Made by a program: the position numbers and the translations under genes. Below, one piece after another: positions 39,293 through 48,521 of a stretch of DNA of 64,000 nucleotides. The DNA is from a virus, in IMG/VR virus record IMGVR_UViG_3300036780_000012, positions 1 through 64,000 of that record; one strand, written 5' to 3'. The stretch's first letter is position 1; each line of letters starts with the position of its first letter. Below the pieces are notes generated by a model. That model searched no databases. It was not told the origin of the DNA and saw nothing but the letters and a program-made list of their open reading frames with translations.

Positions 39293-39855
39293 GCCTGTTC
39301 ACTTACTAGCCACTCGATAAAGTCCTCTAGCGTAGCGGACTCATCGGTTAATTTGTAAGCTTCGTAACAGCCTTCAATCTTCGACCATTGACTTGCTGTG
39401 AATCGCAAGCGGTGCTCTACTACGCTTTCAATATGTTGCTGAGGAAATTCCTGCTCAAGTACCTGGCGCAGTTCGGCAGGCTTCATCTTGGCAGCTTGTC
39501 TAATTTTGGACTGGCGTCGAACTCCTGAAGAGAGTTGCTTCAGGATGCCAGCCGAACCAAGAGGAATCTGCTCTAGTTCTTTGTCGGGAATATCAGGAGC
39601 AAGTTCCTTGTAACGATTTATCACTAGGTAAAGATAACTCCGCGATCTGGGAGCGGCATCGACAATCCATTTGGTGAAAGATTCAAACCCAAGCAGTTCC
39701 CAATCCTTATCACGCTCAACATCTACACAGCACTTCGCAATCGAGACCCAATTCGAGAATTGCTCATCAAAGGCACGGACAAAACTGTCTCGTGCTATGG
39801 CTCGCTGCTTTGGAGTTAGAGCCTCACTTGAATTTTTATTTATTTTATTAATCAT
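39289..39855 (-). CDS. DUF3102/Borrelia PF49-like HTH DNA-binding protein
   Basis: W..LGFESF..WI.....SRS..Y..I..Y..L pattern. Confidence 0.5.
   Translation of the reverse strand: MINKINKNSSEALTPKQRAIARDSFVRAFDEQFSNWVSIAKCCVDVERDKDWELLGFESFTKWIVDAAPRSRSYLYLVINRYKELAPDIPDKELEQIPLGSAGILKQLSSGVRRQSKIRQAAKMKPAELRQVLEQEFPQQHIESVVEHRLRFTASQWSKIEGCYEAYKLTDESATLEDFIEWLVSEQA
39498..39511. repeat. Dispersed palindrome copy 4 (GTCTAATTTTGGAC)
   Basis: Inside the DUF3102-like gene, read as QSKIRQ. Confidence 0.8.
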
Positions 39856-40595
39856 TCATTGCCGCCGTCATAGCACGTACATGGCAAGTGATTTACTCTG
39901 GGTGGCATCAGCATCGTTTCTTGATCCCGATGGAACTCTATGATCTGCCGCCACGAATGAGTTCTCGCAAGGCCTTTGATCTGGTAAAGTTTCGTTGCAT
40001 TGTTCTCCATGCCTAGCGCCCGAAGTAATAACTCAGGGTGCGCTTTTCCAAGGTCTATAATCTCCTGCTCCTCCATTTCTGGACAGAAGAAGCATGATGA
40101 TTTTGGCGGCACGTCGAAGCCGTTGCGTTCAATCGCCTGTACACACTCTTCCCTGTACCAACCCCATTCAATCAAAGGATATTGATTCCATGGCCGATCA
40201 ACTGCCATACGATGTGGCTCGCCAGCATCGAATCCGATCAATTTAACATGCTCACTAATGCCAAGGGATTTTAGGTAACGCTCTTGCGGTCGAATCTTGA
40301 ACTTGTCGGAGCAGGATCGCCTACCCATTACAATAGAAGGTAATGTATTTGCGGCAAGGCATTCTTCCTCTAGTGTAAATCTTTCCTCGCGCACCGTGAC
40401 GATTGCGGGAAATCCATGTCGCTCGCACCAGCAAGAAAATGCTTCCAAGTGCTGATACGTCTCAGGCTTTTCGCCACCCGTATCCGCGAATAGAATTATG
40501 TCTGGCCGCATGCCGCGCTCCCACATTCCAATTAACATTGCCGTCGAGTTGACGCCACCTCCGAAGCTAGCTACAGTTAGCATTTCTTCTCCCAT
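39852..40595 (-). CDS. PAPS reductase/DndC-like family protein
   Basis: SFGGGVNS PP-loop, FADTGGE, C...KI.P and KSSCFFCP motifs. Confidence 0.85.
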   Translation of the reverse strand: MGEEMLTVASFGGGVNSTAMLIGMWERGMRPDIILFADTGGEKPETYQHLEAFSCWCERHGFPAIVTVREERFTLEEECLAANTLPSIVMGRRSCSDKFKIRPQERYLKSLGISEHVKLIGFDAGEPHRMAVDRPWNQYPLIEWGWYREECVQAIERNGFDVPPKSSCFFCPEMEEQEIIDLGKAHPELLLRALGMENNATKLYQIKGLARTHSWRQIIEFHRDQETMLMPPRVNHLPCTCYDGGNE

Positions 40596-40617
40596 TCACA
40601 GAATATATCGACCATCT

Positions 40618-41610
40618 TCATTGCTCAAACTCCGTAAAATCTTTCCGAATCGACTCAGGATTCCCGCGAAAGAAACACATCACGTACTGATGCGCACTAC
40701 CAGCCTTACGCCCCTTGGCAAATTGACCATTCACTCGTAATGGCAATGAACCAATGGGCGTCAGCAAAACGAATTCATTGTAGAGTTTGAATCCTGCACC
40801 AAGTAGAGCCGAAGCTGTAGGTTGACGCATGTCACGGATAAAACCTTCATCGTCGCGGATATTTCCTACCACCACAATCGCGAAGCGTTGCGACTTCAAT
40901 CTGCGAGCAGCGAGCAGCATAATGCGCTGATACTTGATTACAAAGTCTTGCCAGTTATCCAGTGTACTTAGGTCGCGGCGGTCGTTTGAATAACGTTCAA
41001 GATTCCAATACGGGGGACAAGTGAATAGCAGATCGTACTCATCTCCCACCATGTTTTCCAGATTCACGCTATCGCCGCATATCCAGTGCGGGTTAGGCTG
41101 ACAAGGAATTTCAATTGCCTGTTTCACGTTCGCATCAATTTGCTCTTGACGAAGATCAATGCCGACGTACTGATAGCCAAGACGACCAGCTACAATGCCG
41201 CGCACGCTGCCACCAGCGAATGGGTCGAAGATACCGAGCGTCGATTTCTCGGGCATATACCATGAGTAAAACAGTTCGCAGAGAACGGGATCGAAGATGC
41301 TACTGGCGTTGCCATCCTCTCCTAAAGCATCACCACGGCCATCACCGCGCCCACGTGCAGCATAATTAGCCGCAGGCATGGCTGAACCGCCCGGAGCCGC
41401 CCAACGCCCCCCCTCGCCTTCCAGTCCTAAAGACAGCCAGTCCCGTTTCCGATCCTGCCACCTGCCCGTTCTCTGGTCGAGCGTCGTAAATGGCGGCTCT
41501 ATGAACCTTTGACACATCGCTCCACCGGGAAGTTTATCTACGGTCGTATTCCCGAACAAATCAGTTTCCAATGACTTCCTCCTCGTCCAAAATTGGACTG
41601 TCGATAGCAC
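40618..41610 (-). CDS. DNA methyltransferase-like protein
   Basis: FDPFAGGSVRG (motif I) and TCPPY (motif IV). Confidence 0.85.
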   Translation of the reverse strand: MLSTVQFWTRRKSLETDLFGNTTVDKLPGGAMCQRFIEPPFTTLDQRTGRWQDRKRDWLSLGLEGEGGRWAAPGGSAMPAANYAARGRGDGRGDALGEDGNASSIFDPVLCELFYSWYMPEKSTLGIFDPFAGGSVRGIVAGRLGYQYVGIDLRQEQIDANVKQAIEIPCQPNPHWICGDSVNLENMVGDEYDLLFTCPPYWNLERYSNDRRDLSTLDNWQDFVIKYQRIMLLAARRLKSQRFAIVVVGNIRDDEGFIRDMRQPTASALLGAGFKLYNEFVLLTPIGSLPLRVNGQFAKGRKAGSAHQYVMCFFRGNPESIRKDFTEFEQ

Positions 41611-43798
41611 TCTCTGAGAACAAACCTTTATTCATCGTTGCGGCTGCCGCAAGATTTGCGCACGCCTGCTTCCAGTAAGACTCTTTTAATTCGATCCCGA
41701 TAAACTTTCTTTGCACCTTGACTGCCTCATACCCCTCACTACCGATCCCCGCGAAAGGTGAAAGTACGGTATCAAATGGGTTCGTCCACAACTTCAAAGC
41801 ACGAGCAATTACTTCCAACTGCAAAGGACATATATGCCGCTCGTCGCGTTCTTCGCGTGCCGATTCACGTTGCAAAGTATCGCTCGGATTGATATCCATC
41901 CAGACAGGAGAGGCATAGCGCTGCCAGACTTGTACCGGTAAATCCTCTGCCGTATGAGTTACACGTTGGGGATTGTCTCCATGCTTTCGCATTGTTACCA
42001 GATAATCCGGAATGCCTTGACGGCTCATGCACGAATCTTTCTTGAGTTGTTTATGAAGTAATCCGAGAGCTTTGGTTCGCTGCATCGCAGTCACAGGATC
42101 TTTCCAGATAGTTACCTGCGAATGCAGAATGAATCCAGCCTGCTCGAATAGAGCAATGAGCTTGCCGCGAAAATCCGTGATACCAATTACACCGTCTCGT
42201 TCTTTCGATGTAGGGAGGTCCATGCAGTGAAAACTCATCAGTCGCCCAGGCAGCAGAACTCGTAGCAATTCGGGAGCGAGAAAGCGAAGATGCTCAAAGA
42301 ACTCCTCATGCGTCCGGGAATTCCCCATATCACGTTCTGAAGCTGAATACGTGTAGAGCGATGCGAACGGAGGGGAAAAAATACTGTAGTGAATTGAGTT
42401 GGCGGGGAACTTGGATAGAACCTCCACGCAATCACCTAGATGCATCGTCCAGACTTCGCCAGCATCAATCTTGTGCTCGTAATTGACTTTCTGGCGAACA
42501 TTGCCCTTGATCTCTGCTTGATTTAATTCGTGCATGTTGTTCACCATCTCTTCTGCCATCCTCTGAGCATCGGCCTCTTTGCGTTTGATATTCTTCACTA
42601 CTTCTCCCTCGGCTGTACTGGTAACTATGTAACAATCAACTTCTTGCTTTTGTCCGAACCTCCAACACCTTCTCACCGCTTGGTAAAATTGTTCGTATGA
42701 ATCAGACAACCCGAGAAATACAACGTTATGGCAGTTTTGCCAGTTGAGCCCGAATCCTGCGATGCTAGGTTTCGTGACCAGTATCCGAATCTTGCCCGTA
42801 GCAAAGTCAATCATGCTGCGTTCTTTGAATTCAATCGAATCAGAGCCGCATACCTCAACTGCTCCGTCAATTCGCTCGACCGCAGCCCGACTTTCACTGT
42901 TAAGATTGCACCATATTAACCATTGCTCTTTTCGCTTTGCAGAAACAATTGCCGCTACCTCGTCGGCCCGTTCCTCGACACTCTTAGATCGGGCTTGTTG
43001 GCGCTCTTGTAGTGTAACGGCTGGCATCTGAAAGAGCATTCCTTCCGTGCATGTTTCGGCATCGACCTGACGCTCGTGAATTCTTAAGGCAGGCAGTTGA
43101 AACAGATCATCGTTATATCCGAGGTCTGACGGTTTGCGTAGCATTACTGCCCAAGAACATACCCACTTCCAGAACTTCGTCTCAGCATGACCCTTGAGCC
43201 GCCATTTCGATGTATCCCCACCATCATGCACAAAGAATGTTGAAAGCATTTCTGTGCGCGTCAGGTTGCCTAAAAATTCTGAATGGTTACCGAGTTCCAT
43301 GAAGTCATTCGGGGCTGGGGTTGCCGTACATGCAAGTTTGTACGGGGTATCACGAAATCTCTCGATAATTAGATTGCGGAACTTCCCTTCAAAATGCTTG
43401 ACAATGCTCGATTCATCTAGGATGATTGCTTCGTATTTATTCGCATTGAAGTGCTCTAACATTTCATAATTGGTGATTGTAATAGCAGCATCGCGTTCAG
43501 GCTTGCGCTGATAACAGACTTCAACATCGAATTTCCCGCCTTCGCGCACCGTTTGAGGAGCTACGGCAAGAGGGGCGAGAATCAGCGTCTTAACTTTCAA
43601 TGCATCGGCCCATTGCAACTGCATTGGTGTCTTACCTAATCCACAATCTGCAAAAATAGCAGAGCGCCCTTTGCGAGCGGACCATCGCGTAATATCTATC
43701 TGAAAATCAAACAACTGCTTATTTAGGCCGACAATATCTTTTCCAGATGCGACATGCGTCACTACTTTTGACGCTAAGAATTGTTTATAGTTCTTCAC
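41561..43798 (-). CDS. SNF2-like helicase fused to an N4/N6 DNA methyltransferase
   Basis: GLGKT, DESS, TATP, QAVRRCWRFGQ; then SPPF and SPFAGIGS. Confidence 0.9.
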   Translation of the reverse strand: MKNYKQFLASKVVTHVASGKDIVGLNKQLFDFQIDITRWSARKGRSAIFADCGLGKTPMQLQWADALKVKTLILAPLAVAPQTVREGGKFDVEVCYQRKPERDAAITITNYEMLEHFNANKYEAIILDESSIVKHFEGKFRNLIIERFRDTPYKLACTATPAPNDFMELGNHSEFLGNLTRTEMLSTFFVHDGGDTSKWRLKGHAETKFWKWVCSWAVMLRKPSDLGYNDDLFQLPALRIHERQVDAETCTEGMLFQMPAVTLQERQQARSKSVEERADEVAAIVSAKRKEQWLIWCNLNSESRAAVERIDGAVEVCGSDSIEFKERSMIDFATGKIRILVTKPSIAGFGLNWQNCHNVVFLGLSDSYEQFYQAVRRCWRFGQKQEVDCYIVTSTAEGEVVKNIKRKEADAQRMAEEMVNNMHELNQAEIKGNVRQKVNYEHKIDAGEVWTMHLGDCVEVLSKFPANSIHYSIFSPPFASLYTYSASERDMGNSRTHEEFFEHLRFLAPELLRVLLPGRLMSFHCMDLPTSKERDGVIGITDFRGKLIALFEQAGFILHSQVTIWKDPVTAMQRTKALGLLHKQLKKDSCMSRQGIPDYLVTMRKHGDNPQRVTHTAEDLPVQVWQRYASPVWMDINPSDTLQRESAREERDERHICPLQLEVIARALKLWTNPFDTVLSPFAGIGSEGYEAVKVQRKFIGIELKESYWKQACANLAAAATMNKGLFSESAIDSPILDEEEVIGN
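41585..41598. repeat. Dispersed palindrome copy 5 (GTCCAAAATTGGAC)
   Basis: In the overlap of the two MTase ORFs (SPILD / VQFWT). Confidence 0.85.
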
Positions 43799-43824
43799 TT
43801 GCTTCCTTTCACAATCCTCGCTGA

Positions 43825-44052
43825 CTACTTAACCCAATTCCCCGCCAGTCGCCAATTGCGCCGCATCTGCGCGATGTTAATCTCACTTACTCTGATGATT
43901 CTCACTAACGTATTTCTATGGACATTCAAACTCCGAGCGCACTCGCTGATATTGAGACCGCATTCGTTTAGCCTGAGAATTACGAACTCTCGCCGATACT
44001 CCCACATCGCCTGATGCAGACTGGCGCGATTCGTAACTCTAGGTAATTCCAT
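43825..44052 (-). CDS. Fis-type HTH protein
   Basis: NISECARSLNVHRNTL. Confidence 0.75.
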   Translation of the reverse strand: MELPRVTNRASLHQAMWEYRREFVILRLNECGLNISECARSLNVHRNTLVRIIRVSEINIAQMRRNWRLAGNWVK

Positions 44053-44260
44053 ATTTGTCCATCCACCGCTTCAGTTCCATCGTATCTATTCCCAAAACGT
44101 TTGAGGTATGTACGATATTCCCGCGATTGAGTTCGAGCGCTCGTACGATAACTGTATTGCGGAAACGGTCCACGATCTCATCCAGTCTGCGACGGTAGAG
44201 CTGGATACTACGGTCGATTAACTCTACGACGCTTCGTTGTTGAACTAGCGGAGTATTCAC
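44039..44260 (-). CDS. Fis-type HTH protein
   Basis: ALELNRGNIVHTSNVLGID...L.RWMDKYGI. Confidence 0.75.
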   Translation of the reverse strand: MNTPLVQQRSVVELIDRSIQLYRRRLDEIVDRFRNTVIVRALELNRGNIVHTSNVLGIDTMELKRWMDKYGIT

Positions 44261-44269
44261 ATGTTTCTC

Positions 44270-45931
44270 CTAAAACGGCGCATCGCTTTTCGCATCTTCA
44301 TGTCTACGCCATCCATTCTTTGGCGGTTCCCACGATACTCTTGCTAACTCCGTTGAATCATCTGCTCCGCGAATGATGCGCCAGTAAAACGGGTCTACTG
44401 GCTCCGCAATCTTCAACTCGCATTCAAACTTTCGTGTCCAAGGCATCTGATCTTCCATCTGCGTAATGCCTACTACCCACTCTAGCCATCCGGCAATTGC
44501 CGACCCGCCGCGTACTCGCTCCGTCAATCGCGTTCCCGGTAGATTGTTCTTGCTTTCATGGTGGATAAGGCAGATAGAAACTCCCGTATCACCCTGAATC
44601 CGATTCATCGTATTGACAACCTTTTGCATATCATTGTTGTCATTCTCGTCTCCCGCATGAAGAACACGCATTACATCAAGAATCAGGAATTCGCTTTGAT
44701 ACCGTTTTAGGTCTGCAATGAGTGCAGTTACGTCGTCGGGATAGTCCAGCATGATCTTCGGCTTGAGTCCCTTCGCGTTGATATACAACCAGCCTTCTAA
44801 GTCGATATTTGTAAGATTACGAAACTGCATAATCTTCGTCTTGCGCACTTGGGTTAAGCCTGAAGAATCTTCTCGGCTAACTAATGCGACTCGAATACGG
44901 CGCGGAATGTAGAAGTCCATCCACTTCTGCCCGGAAGCGAGAGCGAGAGCGAGGTCGAGGACCATATAGCTTTTCCCACTCTTAGGATGCGAGATGAAAG
45001 AACCGTTTGCTCCAGCTTGAACTAAACCTTCCACAAACCAGTTCACCGTTTCTTGCCGCGTAGCATCGAACTCGGCAGGAGTCATAAACAGCGTAGTTGC
45101 TGCACTACTCTCTTCCGGCTTCCACCATTTCGTTTTCTTCGCCAGGTCCAAGAGGTCCGCTACTGAATGAGTTTTCAGGAAGTCGCTAACATCTCCATGC
45201 TCGGGTAACTCTGGGAGTTCTACGATCTTCACACCTTGAGCGTAGCGTAAACAGGAAAGCGCGATGCGAGCCGCATGATCTCTTCCCGGCTTATCGTTGT
45301 CGGGGATAACAAGCACCTGCTTACCAGCCGTATAGAGCGCGAAATCATCTAGCCATTTACCAGCTCCGCGCGGGGAAGTAGTCACCGCCAGGTGTGGAAA
45401 CTTCCCCGCTAGAGCCGTCGTCAAGTTATCGGCATCGCGTTCGCCCTCTACGACAATCAAATTCTTCGCGGTTATTACTTCAGGTAATTTGTAGAGAACC
45501 ATTTTCAGATTCTCGGTTTTCCAAATCCAACCGCCCTTTGCGTCAGGCTGACGCTGGGCGAAACGTTTACCGGGATAACGAACTACTTGAAACAGGAGTT
45601 TCCCAAAAGCATCGGTGTAAGGATAAATCGCTTCCGGCTGCTGCCCGAAGTTTAGATGCTGCTCACCTACAATCTCCGCGATCCGAGATAGGGCGGCGTC
45701 CTTATCACAGCTAGAAAACAGCATCTCGAATTCTAGGACGCCACCTTGTCCGCATCCCGCGTGACATTTCCATGCACCTTTTTCGGTACTGATTGAAAGC
45801 GATGGAGCCTTGTCATCATGGAAACAGCATTTTGCCATATAACCGGAACCGGATCGGCGCATTCGGTTATCGGCTAGACGAGTTTCGAAGTAACGGCGAA
45901 ATTGAGATTCTGTTAGGTCGGAGAGTTTCAC
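44270..45931 (-). CDS. Primase-helicase (CHC2 zinc finger + TOPRIM + AAA_25)
   Basis: CCFHDD...CHAGCG; VEGERD, DND..G, GDVSD; PKSGKS Walker A. Confidence 0.92.
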   Translation of the reverse strand: MKLSDLTESQFRRYFETRLADNRMRRSGSGYMAKCCFHDDKAPSLSISTEKGAWKCHAGCGQGGVLEFEMLFSSCDKDAALSRIAEIVGEQHLNFGQQPEAIYPYTDAFGKLLFQVVRYPGKRFAQRQPDAKGGWIWKTENLKMVLYKLPEVITAKNLIVVEGERDADNLTTALAGKFPHLAVTTSPRGAGKWLDDFALYTAGKQVLVIPDNDKPGRDHAARIALSCLRYAQGVKIVELPELPEHGDVSDFLKTHSVADLLDLAKKTKWWKPEESSAATTLFMTPAEFDATRQETVNWFVEGLVQAGANGSFISHPKSGKSYMVLDLALALASGQKWMDFYIPRRIRVALVSREDSSGLTQVRKTKIMQFRNLTNIDLEGWLYINAKGLKPKIMLDYPDDVTALIADLKRYQSEFLILDVMRVLHAGDENDNNDMQKVVNTMNRIQGDTGVSICLIHHESKNNLPGTRLTERVRGGSAIAGWLEWVVGITQMEDQMPWTRKFECELKIAEPVDPFYWRIIRGADDSTELARVSWEPPKNGWRRHEDAKSDAPF

Positions 45932-46302
45932 GCAAACACTCCCGCCAACCCATCTTCCGTCATCCAGGTTTGAGGAATCTCAGGTCCGATTAAACCACGC
46001 AGCGTTGCGAGCTCCTGCCAGTCCAAATACATCGGCGGTAAATCCGTTCTTTCAAACGTTTCTATTTCATGGCAGCGGCGACAGAGAACTTCGAGGTCGC
46101 TATCCAGTTCACGTCCTATACGCTGATAGTTCTTATGGTGAACATGAAGGCGCTGATCGTAGAACAGAAGTGCGGCGACATTTAGGATCCCGCACCGATT
46201 GCAAGTCGGATGATCGAACAGGAATATCTTTCGGCGTTGGAGCCATTGCTCGGAAGAAAGATAATCACAGTATTCGCTTCGAGTTCTAATTTGCGATTTC
46301 AA
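45928..46302 (-). CDS. HNH endonuclease
   Basis: YLSS..W...C..CG...LHVHHKNY...LC..CH. Confidence 0.8.
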   Translation of the reverse strand: MKSQIRTRSEYCDYLSSEQWLQRRKIFLFDHPTCNRCGILNVAALLFYDQRLHVHHKNYQRIGRELDSDLEVLCRRCHEIETFERTDLPPMYLDWQELATLRGLIGPEIPQTWMTEDGLAGVFA

Positions 46303-46688
46303 TGGATCGCCTTTCGCTGAGAAAAGCCATTCTCATATCGGTCGATCCATTTCGTAAAACGATCCTCGGAGTTAAATAACTGCTCCCAGTCAAGATAACC
46401 GTTAGCTTTATGGAATTGTGAATCGCAGAGTTCGTCGATAATATGCTTGAACGTCGTTCCTACCCGAGCGCGGATAAGAGTATTAGGCGTTCCCTCAGAA
46501 CGCTCTATGGCAGATTCTTCCTTCCATCGCTTAGCTGCCATTCTATATCTTGCTTTAGTTAGAGAATAGCGTGTAGATTTACCTGCCTGCTGACAAAAGT
46601 ACGCAAAGGCTTTTGGGATTGGATCATCACTCTCGACTATATTTTCAGCAGCGGAGAAGAGAGTTTGATCCTGTCCGATTGATCCCAC
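46299..46688 (-). CDS. Replication-initiator C-terminal-like protein
   Basis: LT..R...R and DWEQLF..DRF.K pattern; next to primase. Confidence 0.5.
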   Translation of the reverse strand: MGSIGQDQTLFSAAENIVESDDPIPKAFAYFCQQAGKSTRYSLTKARYRMAAKRWKEESAIERSEGTPNTLIRARVGTTFKHIIDELCDSQFHKANGYLDWEQLFNSEDRFTKWIDRYENGFSQRKAIH

Positions 46689-46976
46689 TTATTGAACTGC
46701 GGGAGATGCCGACTGACTTACAGGTTTAGCGGACCGCTGTTTGTCTCGCTCAATCTGCTGCTGCTTTGTAAGTAAATTCCTCTGACGGTTAATCTCTTGT
46801 TGCATATTGCCAACCTTGCGAATCAGGTAAAGAATCGCCGCCGAGTCCGGAGAAGGTAACGCTCGATGTTTTGCTCTCAGTTCATCGAGTTTAAGGTTTG
46901 AATTCCGTTCGTCATCGTATTCTCTGAGTTTTCGTTTCAGTATCTCCAGTTCAAGTAATACTTCTTTTTCTTCCAT
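46689..46976 (-). CDS. Coiled-coil hypothetical protein
   Basis: SD GGAG before MEEK. Confidence 0.5.
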   Translation of the reverse strand: MEEKEVLLELEILKRKLREYDDERNSNLKLDELRAKHRALPSPDSAAILYLIRKVGNMQQEINRQRNLLTKQQQIERDKQRSAKPVSQSASPAVQ

Positions 46977-47278
46977 AACACTCTCCGTTTTGCTACCGTC
47001 CATTTTGAAAAGAAAGATCACGGGCTAAAGACGTTCGAACTCGAAAATATGTTCGCTCCGGTCCTAACTGAGTACCCGATCCAGTGTCTCTTACGCCTGC
47101 CACGATGGGCGGACACACCTCTGCCTTGCGGCAGCGCCGTCTTTAACTGTCCTGTTTTCAGGAGTCACGAATTTCTCCGTGTGGATAGTCGGTACTGCCG
47201 TTAGCCCGAACCTCAGAAGGGCCGAAGCTGCTTGAGTGGCAGAAAAAACAAAATCCGAATTGTAATGATTTTGCATTC

Positions 47279-47359
47279 AGCCAGTACATCATTTCAAGGA
47301 GAACAGGTTAGTGGGTGTTGGTGGATGCACTGGCTAAGGAGCTACACCATAGCACCCAC
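47279..47359 (-). ncRNA. Putative structured 5' leader (pseudoknot or alternative helices)
   Basis: 47279-47290 pairs with 47324-47335; 47311-47323 pairs with 47345-47359. Confidence 0.4.
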
Positions 47360-47388
47360 ATTCCCGGCTCTTTGAAAAGCTTATGAAG

Positions 47389-47418
47389 AGTCTAAAATAA
47401 CGCGCCCCTGAAAGTAAA
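47389..47418 (-). promoter_or_regulatory. Sigma70-like promoter for the replication operon
   Basis: TTTACT-18-TAGACT. Confidence 0.45.
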
Positions 47419-47436
47419 GGAAATAATTTCAGATTC

Positions 47437-47607
47437 TTACTTCGAGCGTTTCTCTATCACCAACTGATGTGTTCTCAGGTTATCCCTGTCGTGTTTCTGA
47501 GATTCTTCGATAGCCATAAACCCAATTTGGCAGACATGACACCAGACGCGGTAGGGAAACGGAATTACAAACTGAGGAGCTACGTGAAGGTGAAGTAGAG
47601 GCTTCAT
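47437..47607 (-). CDS. 56-aa C2H2-like zinc-finger protein
   Basis: Hand translation ...WCHVCQIGFMAIEESQKHDRDNLRTH...; ATGA overlap. Confidence 0.5.
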   Translation of the reverse strand: MKPLLHLHVAPQFVIPFPYRVWCHVCQIGFMAIEESQKHDRDNLRTHQLVIEKRSK

Positions 47608-47843
47608 GTAGTTGACTCCACAATCCTATACTTCATTCCGGGACTCACAAGACCTAAATCGTTAACGCATATTTCTGCCTCGCGTTGTGAATTGAATCCA
47701 TTAGTAGGATTCATACAAGAACGTATCCACGGACCCTCGACGTTTTTGACGGGAATTGTTATTGTGTCAGAGGTAGGTCGAACTTGATTAAAATATGGGT
47801 GCGTCCCAGTAGACCGAGCTTCTATGAACCATCTAACCGTCAT
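47604..47843 (-). CDS. Hypothetical protein
   Basis: ATGA overlaps. Confidence 0.5.
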   Translation of the reverse strand: MTVRWFIEARSTGTHPYFNQVRPTSDTITIPVKNVEGPWIRSCMNPTNGFNSQREAEICVNDLGLVSPGMKYRIVESTT

Positions 47844-48040
47844 GGCTTCCACAACCTCGTTCCCGCCCAGATAAAGAACCACCAGAAACCGATACAGAAG
47901 GCGAATAGTCCGATGCCTACAAGTACCTGAGTTAACGGGTTAACCTTGTCCAATTTTGGACTGCCTATCTCCGGCTCCTCGACCTTAATCCCGAGCTTAT
48001 GAAAGTACTTCTTGTCTTCAATGCCCCAGGTTTCGCTCAT
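47840..48040 (-). CDS. Small TM protein
   Basis: C-terminal hydrophobic helix. Confidence 0.55.
   Translation of the reverse strand: MSETWGIEDKKYFHKLGIKVEEPEIGSPKLDKVNPLTQVLVGIGLFAFCIGFWWFFIWAGTRLWKP
47948..47961. repeat. Dispersed palindrome copy 6 (GTCCAATTTTGGAC)
   Basis: Read as SPKLD. Confidence 0.85.
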
Positions 48041-48228
48041 AAACAGCCTCCAATCCTACTAAGAGTTACTCCTAAGCGCACCGTGAGCCCTACAAGCGCA
48101 GCACGGGCCATCCCTCGAATGCTTGCTTTCGGTATTTCCGGCCCTGCCAACGTTCTCCATGCGAGCGCGGAGCCTAGAATCTGTATCTGGCCGTTAATCT
48201 TTCGCGTTCGGAGCGAGAGTGGTTTCAT
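48037..48228 (-). CDS. Hypothetical protein
   Basis: ATGA overlaps. Confidence 0.4.
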   Translation of the reverse strand: MKPLSLRTRKINGQIQILGSALAWRTLAGPEIPKASIRGMARAALVGLTVRLGVTLSRIGGCL

Positions 48229-48422
48229 CGCAAAGCCTCGGTAATATCTGCCCTTGAATACGTCAGCGGCTTCAATACTTTTCCGTGCTCGTCGTAATGG
48301 ACCGTTCCATCCGGCCAGACCTTTGTCATGTTCGAACGGTGAACCTCATCAAAGACTCGCTCAATATCAATCCCGTAAGATACTGCGGTGCCAATAATCA
48401 CGTAAAGCGAATCAAGTTCCAT
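48225..48422 (-). pseudogene. C-terminal remnant of a MazG/PRA-PH-like NTP pyrophosphohydrolase
   Basis: D.LYV..G...FDEVHRSNMTK...GKVLKP present; N-terminal EExxE helix missing. Confidence 0.6.
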
Positions 48423-48521
48423 GTTATAGCTTCGTGGTAATGGAGTGCCCTGTATAAGCAAACCAGAAACACTCCGTCCCATGCGAGACTCTTCGCCATG
48501 TCAAATACCTTAGCCCTCATC

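Noticed and set aside
46299-47021. Stop-codon readthrough or alternative genetic code (in-frame TAA at 46689-46691; TAG after MVRNA)
   Set aside because: TAA, TAG and TGA all end conserved genes at the expected positions (e.g. baseplate J ends in TAG), so there is no genome-wide recoding
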